A stretch of 64,000 bases of DNA, taken from positions 62,001 through 126,000 of the IMG/VR virus record IMGVR_UViG_3300023174_000045, one strand, 5' to 3'. The notes below the pieces were generated by a model that did not search any database, was not told the DNA's origin, and saw only the letters and a program-made list of their open reading frames with translations. This document shows positions 57,765 through 64,000 of the stretch, piece after piece. Numbering within the stretch: the stretch's first letter is position 1; every line of letters begins with the position of its first letter. The position numbers and the translations under genes are program-made.

Positions 57765-58070
57765 ATGCAAACATTTTTTGTTAGAGTAGAATGTGACGTC
57801 ACTGCCAAAGTTCATGAGCAGCCCTTTCGTTACAGAGCCTATGTCAACAACGAACTGTTCACAGAACGAACATGGATTTGGGAAAATTGTTACTTGGAAG
57901 AAAACTTTCAGATATCTGCACCAGCTGGTGTTTACCCCATAAGATTCGAAACTGTGGATAATGCCAATGGTCGGATCAAAGCACGTAATTACAGAGTTGT
58001 TGCAGGCCCTGGAAGAATAATGGAATATCAAGGTGAAATAGCCGTGGAGATATCAAATGAGAGCAAGTGA
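57765..58070 (+). CDS. hypothetical protein
   Basis: After TAAATA (57754). Confidence 0.7.
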   Translation: MQTFFVRVECDVTAKVHEQPFRYRAYVNNELFTERTWIWENCYLEENFQISAPAGVYPIRFETVDNANGRIKARNYRVVAGPGRIMEYQGEIAVEISNESK

Positions 58071-58275
58071 AATTGTGGAATCAGCGTCAGCAGGCGCCTC
58101 AGCCGCAGGTGGCATTGCACCTGTGAGCATGCCCATGGGCGTGGTGTCAAGATCTGGAGGTTCCATGTTGTCAGGTAAATATGTAACTGGATCAGATCCT
58201 ACGCCTAACACGCCCAAGGAATACAAAAGGAATAAAAATGCTCGCGGACAGTTTAAAAACTCTATTAGCAACTGA
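58057..58275 (+). CDS. small putative internal virion protein
   Basis: MRASEIVE-SASAGASAAGGIA. Confidence 0.65.
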   Translation: MRASEIVESASAGASAAGGIAPVSMPMGVVSRSGGSMLSGKYVTGSDPTPNTPKEYKRNKNARGQFKNSISN

Positions 58276-58681
58276 ATATGCTTTCAGTATCAAGGCTCAG
58301 TTATTTCACTGGAACGTGGAAGGCCCTGATTTCGCTCAACTGCATGAGTTTTTTGGCAACCTGTATGAAGAGGTCTACGACGGTTCGATAGACAAAACCG
58401 CAGAATACATACGTGCCATGGGCGACTACGCACCTGGCAGCTTTGAACGTTTTGCTGAACTCAGCATCATTCAAGGACAAACAAAAATCCCACGAGCCAG
58501 ACTCATGATCGAAGAACTGCTGGCCAACAATGGTCAGCTGTTGGAACTACTCAACGAGAATTTCGCCATTGCCGAACAAGAAAATCAACAAGGCATTGCT
58601 AACTTTATTGCAGAACGCATTGATGCACATCAGAAACATGCATGGATGCTGAGAAGTTTCCTGAAAGACAATAGAGCATGA
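58238..58681 (+). CDS. dps: Dps/ferritin-like protein
   Basis: HWNVEGPDF.QLHEFF..LYE...D..AE.IR...H.KHAWML. Confidence 0.93.
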   Translation: MLADSLKTLLATEYAFSIKAQLFHWNVEGPDFAQLHEFFGNLYEEVYDGSIDKTAEYIRAMGDYAPGSFERFAELSIIQGQTKIPRARLMIEELLANNGQLLELLNENFAIAEQENQQGIANFIAERIDAHQKHAWMLRSFLKDNRA

Positions 58682-59610
58682 GCAACGACATTAGATCAAT
58701 ATTAGACCGACTGGCCACAGTGGAAGGTAAGTTGAGTCCAGCGCAACAAAAAGTACCACAACTGCCTGCGCTGTTCAAACCACGACACATTCGTGCCTTG
58801 GATTCAAAAACAGATCCTGCTCATCCCATGGACGGATACATGGTGGGTGATTCAATAGAGCCTAAAAAAACTGCGCTTGAAGAAGCCATGGCAGAAATTG
58901 AAGAAGACATGTTGAGCAAGGTCAAGAAAGACCTAACAACATATTTGGATCGACTGGAAAAGAAGGTACGTGTTGACCGTGACTTAAAAGACAAAGCTCA
59001 GGACGCTGTACAAAAAGGCAAGGCCGAAGAAGAGATTGAAGAGTTTGCACCACCAGGTGGTGATGACCGCGAACCCGACGAAGAAGAAATTCTACGACGC
59101 CTGGCTGCACAGTGGTGGAATGGAACGGAACAACAAATGGCCAAGGCACAAAACACATTGTCTGCAATGGGCTGGGAAATTGGTCAAGACGAAAGTGGTG
59201 ATGACGATGCTGGGGTATTCCTTGTACGTGCCGGCGATGTCAACGGTGATAGTTACATGGCGTTCAATCACAGTGACTTAGATTTAAACGAAGAAATTGA
59301 CACTGATCCTGCTGCCATTCACGGACCGTCAGATCCTGGAGACACTGAAGTAGCACACGCCGCTGAACTAGATGTAGACAACACACTCAGCGCACCACAA
59401 GCACCTGTGGCCACATTTGAAATGGCCGACGGTGCGGCACTGGAATGCTGGGGCGATGACAATTCGGGCTATGAAATTCGACATGGAGAACGTGCATTGC
59501 CCAGTCGCTTTAAGAGCCTGGATGACGCTGGCATGGCAGTGAAGTTGTATCAAGCTCGACAGCGAGCACAGCAACGCAACTCAGATGCAGATTACATAGA
59601 AGAACGATAA
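58678..59610 (+). CDS. acidic modular protein (putative internal head/scaffold-like)
   Basis: Many xxE linkers; ends DYIEER, resembling the DYVEERRS end of the 48372 protein. Confidence 0.6.
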   Translation: MSNDIRSILDRLATVEGKLSPAQQKVPQLPALFKPRHIRALDSKTDPAHPMDGYMVGDSIEPKKTALEEAMAEIEEDMLSKVKKDLTTYLDRLEKKVRVDRDLKDKAQDAVQKGKAEEEIEEFAPPGGDDREPDEEEILRRLAAQWWNGTEQQMAKAQNTLSAMGWEIGQDESGDDDAGVFLVRAGDVNGDSYMAFNHSDLDLNEEIDTDPAAIHGPSDPGDTEVAHAAELDVDNTLSAPQAPVATFEMADGAALECWGDDNSGYEIRHGERALPSRFKSLDDAGMAVKLYQARQRAQQRNSDADYIEER

Positions 59611-59612
59611 TC

Positions 59613-62600
59613 ATGATCACAAGCGATTTATTCACCAACAACTCATCTGCCTTGTTTGAAAACACAGGCCCAGTCACACACCGCGTTGGTCTCACAGTGA
59701 CTGACCCCAACCACCCCATGGTTTCAAAGCGTGGCGAAACTATTCAAAAGACTGTGCGTGTCAAAGGTGACGACCGTGAAAAAGCCATCAACGGTGCCAT
59801 TGCACACCTTCGCCGCAAAGGTTACAAAGTACATGACCATCACTATATTGGCACAGTGGATCAAGGTGTGTCAGAAGGTCAGTTGGAATTAAACACACCA
59901 GATCCTGTTGTAGTGGTACAAGATCAACAAGGTAAAATTCTAGATAAAATAAATTTATCAGTGGCTGCACAAAAATACAAATTGGGTCAACCACAAAACA
60001 TAAAGAATCAGTTGGCGCATCAAAATTATACCAAAATTGGTAGTTACACCATAGTATCTCCCATGAGCGGGCAGCCACAAGATCAAACAACCACTGGACA
60101 GAAAACTACGTTTGCCACGCCTGGCGTGGTGGAAGATATGCCACATGGTCAAGACATAAATGATCCGTTAGACCCTAGCTACGGTGGTAACCGCAATCGT
60201 TCAGTCAAGCAGAATATCCAAGCCCGTTTAGGTCACGATGAACGTGGTGATGCAAGAGAGCGAGCTGGTCAACCACGCAGTACTCATGCACGACACAAAC
60301 CACAACTGCCAGAAAGTTCAATGGATGACGATGCTATTTGGCGTCAATATGGACAGTATAACGCACAAGACTTGATGCAGGAATTTCCAAATCTAAATCC
60401 CAAGGATGCACAGACCATAGTAAATTACGCCGAGTATGGTTGGTCATCTTCCAATCCACAAAAATTTAGAAATGAAGTGGTACAGCGAGTTAAAATGGCC
60501 ATGGGTCAACAAGGTGTGAACGAAGTCAGCCTAGGTGACTATCGTAAAAAAGCACAACTAAGTCAAGCAGGTGCCAAGATAAACAAGTTCTTTGACCGTG
60601 ACGATCCTGCAGCGGTTGCCGCTGCTGATCAAACCATTGCCAAGCGAGAAAAGGGCCTGGCACGTGCTGATGCTAGAATCAAGCCATACACACCTCCTGC
60701 ACAAGATGCTGAAAAACACCAACGTGATTTAACCGCCAAGTATCCCAACATTGACGAATTAGTGGCCGCAGCCGAACAGCGCCGTGACCCCAATTACGAC
60801 TACGCCGAAGGTGATGCTTATTATCGTGGCCGCGAAGCTGAACAAAACTATCAAAAATTAAAACAAATCCAACGTGTGATTCAAGGCTTAAATGAATCTT
60901 GTGCCGCAGTAAAAAAAAATTATCTGTATGAAGGCCTAGACCGTGACAGCGTGAACACAGTCAAGCTGTGGGAAAGTGCTGGCCAACGCATTGTGGAAGC
61001 CCAACTCACAGTTGATCAAATCAATCAATTGTTCAAATCCGCAGAACAAGACGCTACTGCTGCTGGTGGCAACAGAACCATGGTTGGCAAGGGCAAAGAC
61101 GCTGCTGTAGCAGTCAACCGAGCCTGGGAAGATTTAAAGACCAAGGTACAAAATTCTGGTCCTATCAAGAGTGTGGATGCTGCCTATGATTCGGCAGCAG
61201 AAAAATTAAAACAAGCCACTGGTGGTGACCAGGGCGTGATGAAGTACGTGCAAAAGTATCGTGACTTTGCCAAGGCACATCCTGTGGCACAGAGTTTGAT
61301 TTACTCGGCCTTGATTGCTGCCGCAGGTATTTCAGGAGCTGGTGTAGGTGGGGCCGCTGCCTTAGGTCTGTTCAAACTTGTGGACAAACTGTTGCAAGGT
61401 GAAAAGTTCTCCAGTGCCGCCTACTCAGGTGCTAAGACTGGCGCAATGGCCTATGGGGCCAGCAAGGTTGCTGACTACTTTAGAGGACCACAAACACCGC
61501 AAGGTGGCGGTGGTCTTGATCCCAAGGATCCTGATGTTGCAGCATTCCGACGAGATGTAGCCGACATGCGTGGGTACGATAATTACATGACTAAAAATCC
61601 CACATCATCGTTGAGTCCAGAACAGTATGCGGCAAAAATAGGCAAAGCTTCTGCATTGACACCAGATGGTTCTGGATTGACATCGCAGGCCAGCATGATG
61701 AATAATATTGCCAGCAAAATGGGATTGCCACCCGGTGCTCACCAAGCAACATTCCAAGGCGGTGTACCAGTGACCATAGATGGCAAAGCTGTACCATTGA
61801 ATTTGTTGTCAGGAGATCAGCAAAGAAATATCGAAGCCGCTCGTGCTATGCGACAGGCTATGTCCGGATCACAGTCTCTTGCTCAGAAAGCGGCCGCTGC
61901 TGCCGCCGCAGCGGACAAAACTTATGAATCACTCAATGTTCATACCAGTCACAAATTAACTGATGCAGACTTGTATTTCATATTCAGTGCCGCCACACAA
62001 CTCAACGAAGGCATCTGGGACAGCATCAAAGGCACTGCCGGCAAGGCTGCTGGCAAGGCTGCTGACTGGGCCAAAACACAGGGTACCAATCTCACCACCA
62101 AAGTCACTGCTGACAAATTAAAGAGTGCATGGCTCAAGGCTGGTTCACCCACAGACAGTGACCAAGTTTACAATGTGATGACTCAGGCCGGGGTGGCACC
62201 ACAAATATTAGACACTGTGTACAAGACCATGGGCGTCCCCACGTTCAAAGAAAAAGCCCTAGCAAGACCAACAACACCTGCTTTTTCAAGCGCACCAATA
62301 CCTGCTGGACCAGCATCTAAATCAGCAGCAGCCGCTGGGTCAGCACCAGCGACTACAACGCCAGCAAGTCCTGAAGTCACGCCTAACGCCGCTACACCAG
62401 CAACAGCCGATGCCCCCAAGACAAAACAGTTGGGCACTGGTACTGGTCGTATCAATCCTGCCACTGGACGACCCTGGACTCCTAGCGAGCTCAAAGCCAA
62501 GTATGCGCAACCACAGTCAACAGCGCCCACACCAGACTCAGAGCCACCTGCACCAGAACTTACTTCGCCAGAGCCTGCTTTAAAATCTAGCCCAACCGCA

Positions 62601-63056
62601 CCGCAAAGCCCTGAAGAAATTAGAAAAGCCAAACAATCAGCTGCTGCTCTTGCTGCACAACAGGCCATGGGAGATGTTGCTTCACCAGCACCTGCACCTA
62701 CTGTGGCGTCTACCCCGGCTCCAGCATCATCTGCCGCGCCTTCGGGTCCTCCTGGATTCAATGCTGGCAACTTGGCACAACTTCCCGGTATGGCACAATA
62801 CATGCAACAAAAGCCGGCTGCGGCCAAACCTGCACCCAATTTTGCTCGAGGACCTGCTGCATATGGAAAGACCACAATGAATGTTGGACCAACTGCAACC
62901 AAACCAACAGCCACAGCAGCACCAGCTGGCAAAAAGCCCACTGCACAACAGCAACAAGAATATTATAAATCTTTGGGATTGGCAGAGTCTCTGACCTGGA
63001 GCCAAAATTTTGATCCTGGACGCAGTCTGTATCGTAGAATGAAACAGGATATTTAA
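59613..63056 (+). CDS. large modular protein with hydrophobic central segment and Pro/Ala-rich tail
   Basis: 1147 aa; QGVSE, QGVNE, GLNE, QLNE, GLAE linkers. Confidence 0.7.
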   Translation: MITSDLFTNNSSALFENTGPVTHRVGLTVTDPNHPMVSKRGETIQKTVRVKGDDREKAINGAIAHLRRKGYKVHDHHYIGTVDQGVSEGQLELNTPDPVVVVQDQQGKILDKINLSVAAQKYKLGQPQNIKNQLAHQNYTKIGSYTIVSPMSGQPQDQTTTGQKTTFATPGVVEDMPHGQDINDPLDPSYGGNRNRSVKQNIQARLGHDERGDARERAGQPRSTHARHKPQLPESSMDDDAIWRQYGQYNAQDLMQEFPNLNPKDAQTIVNYAEYGWSSSNPQKFRNEVVQRVKMAMGQQGVNEVSLGDYRKKAQLSQAGAKINKFFDRDDPAAVAAADQTIAKREKGLARADARIKPYTPPAQDAEKHQRDLTAKYPNIDELVAAAEQRRDPNYDYAEGDAYYRGREAEQNYQKLKQIQRVIQGLNESCAAVKKNYLYEGLDRDSVNTVKLWESAGQRIVEAQLTVDQINQLFKSAEQDATAAGGNRTMVGKGKDAAVAVNRAWEDLKTKVQNSGPIKSVDAAYDSAAEKLKQATGGDQGVMKYVQKYRDFAKAHPVAQSLIYSALIAAAGISGAGVGGAAALGLFKLVDKLLQGEKFSSAAYSGAKTGAMAYGASKVADYFRGPQTPQGGGGLDPKDPDVAAFRRDVADMRGYDNYMTKNPTSSLSPEQYAAKIGKASALTPDGSGLTSQASMMNNIASKMGLPPGAHQATFQGGVPVTIDGKAVPLNLLSGDQQRNIEAARAMRQAMSGSQSLAQKAAAAAAAADKTYESLNVHTSHKLTDADLYFIFSAATQLNEGIWDSIKGTAGKAAGKAADWAKTQGTNLTTKVTADKLKSAWLKAGSPTDSDQVYNVMTQAGVAPQILDTVYKTMGVPTFKEKALARPTTPAFSSAPIPAGPASKSAAAAGSAPATTTPASPEVTPNAATPATADAPKTKQLGTGTGRINPATGRPWTPSELKAKYAQPQSTAPTPDSEPPAPELTSPEPALKSSPTAPQSPEEIRKAKQSAAALAAQQAMGDVASPAPAPTVASTPAPASSAAPSGPPGFNAGNLAQLPGMAQYMQQKPAAAKPAPNFARGPAAYGKTTMNVGPTATKPTATAAPAGKKPTAQQQQEYYKSLGLAESLTWSQNFDPGRSLYRRMKQDI

Positions 63057-63059
63057 GAA

Positions 63060-63136
63060 CACACCTACCTTAGGACCGTGTGGCCCGGCTGCTGGGTGAC
63101 GTGAGCGATTCGCTACCGTGATCGTCAAAGTGAGCA
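63060..63136 (+). ncRNA. candidate small structured RNA
   Basis: GC-rich; CCCGG-ctg-CTGGG, AGCG-att-CGCT, TGACG/CGTCA stems. Confidence 0.35.
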
Positions 63137-63144
63137 AATTTCCA

Positions 63145-63172
63145 TTGACAATGCCAAAATTTGTGTTATACT
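63145..63172 (+). promoter_or_regulatory. sigma70-type promoter
   Basis: TTGACA-N16-TATACT with TG extension. Confidence 0.7.
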
Positions 63173-63190
63173 AGTGTTTTAGGAGTATAC

Positions 63191-63451
63191 ATGGATACCA
63201 AAACATTCAACGGCGAGCAAAAACTCAAACTCACTCAAATCATCAACGAAGGTATGGCCGTGATGCACGAGATTGATACCCTTCAAGGTGGCCTGACCGA
63301 TACCATCAAGGCTGTGGCAGAAGAATTAGAAATCAAACCAGCTGTGCTGAAAAAAGCCATTAGAGTGGCACACAAGGCCGAATTTGGCAAGACCAAACAA
63401 GATCAAGAGCTGTTGGAAACAATTCTTGAAACCGTAGGCAAGACCTTATAA
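63191..63451 (+). CDS. small dsDNA-binding protein (T4 DsbA/GapR-like)
   Basis: Helical I...AEELEIKP..LKKAIRVAHK pattern; AGGAG SD. Confidence 0.5.
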   Translation: MDTKTFNGEQKLKLTQIINEGMAVMHEIDTLQGGLTDTIKAVAEELEIKPAVLKKAIRVAHKAEFGKTKQDQELLETILETVGKTL

Positions 63452-63526
63452 ATACTGTTTTCAACAACAGCGAGTCGTTCACGTTACGAACATGTATCAT
63501 GGCTTACCGGCCACAAACGGAGAACA

Positions 63527-64000
63527 ATGAGTTATATTGACGCACTATTTGATCGTGAACACGATCGCATTCATGTTGTAGAACGCCGCGACGGCAAACG
63601 GCAGTATCGAGAGTATCCTGCCAATTATGTGTTCTACTACGACGACCCCCGAGGCAAGTTCCAAAGTATCTACGGCACGCCAGTGTCAAGGTTCAGTACC
63701 CGCAACAACAAAGAATTCCGCAAGGAAGTCCGAGCACAAAGCGGGCGACAGATCTACGAATCGGACATAAATCCCATATTCCGTTGCTTTGAAGAAAACT
63801 ACCGAGACCAAGACGCCCCCACATTACACACAGCATTTTTTGACATTGAAGTTGCTTTTGATGCTGTGCGTGGATTCTCGCCTGTGGAGGATCCTTTCAA
63901 TCCCATCACTGCTATATCGGTATATCTGGATTGGCTGGAGCAACTTGTGACACTTGTTGTGGCACCACGCCACATGAGTGCAGAGACTGCTCGTGAGATC
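63527..64000 (+). CDS. family B DNA polymerase, N-terminal part (runs off window)
   Basis: MSYIDALFDRE...YESDINP...AFFDIEV (ExoI motif)...NPITAISV; open to the window end; GGAG SD. Confidence 0.85.
   Translation, partial: MSYIDALFDREHDRIHVVERRDGKRQYREYPANYVFYYDDPRGKFQSIYGTPVSRFSTRNNKEFRKEVRAQSGRQIYESDINPIFRCFEENYRDQDAPTLHTAFFDIEVAFDAVRGFSPVEDPFNPITAISVYLDWLEQLVTLVVAPRHMSAETAREI

Noticed and set aside
1-64000. tRNA/rRNA genes, stop-codon reassignment, bacterial chromosome origin
   Set aside because: No tRNA T-arm/cloverleaf recognised by eye; long genes are intact in code 11 and end in all three stops; host-like genes (infA, erpA, clpA, dps) sit among phage structural, lysis and replication genes.

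Overview
A gene-dense 64-kb segment of a large lytic dsDNA phage with T4-superfamily features, probably infecting a Gram-negative proteobacterium. Standard genetic code; no tRNA, CRISPR array, integrase or reverse transcriptase seen. Layout: (1) 0.1-15.8 kb, small early genes driven by consensus sigma70 promoters, three of them in a repeated promoter cassette, plus a PBP7-like peptidase, a ParB-like/GIY-YIG pair, an amidase and a SleB hydrolase; (2) IF-1, superoxide dismutase, ErpA; (3) 16.8-28.5 kb, tail fibre/baseplate-type genes, one carrying tandem Hint and S74 autoproteolytic domains; (4) a stand-alone DnaE fragment, GroES, clamp loader, B12 radical SAM, HAD, sulfotransferase-like, PhoH and APS-kinase-like genes; (5) lysis genes, DnaJ, ClpA; (6) 48-63 kb, a cluster of mosaic proteins; (7) the start of a family B DNA polymerase. 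The strongest candidate for an undescribed system is (6). Many of these proteins begin with a motif resembling the T4 capsid-targeting sequence and consist of unrelated enzyme domains (nucleotidyltransferase, zincin, deaminase, GNAT, ParB, GP88, RyR, LysM-GH19) joined by (L/I/V/M)-x-E linkers resembling prohead-protease sites. Two linkers are directly followed by internal Tat- and Sec-type signal peptides that cleavage would unmask. Three unannotated structured RNA candidates and apparently leaderless late transcripts are also reported. All family calls come from motif recognition by eye; no searches were run.
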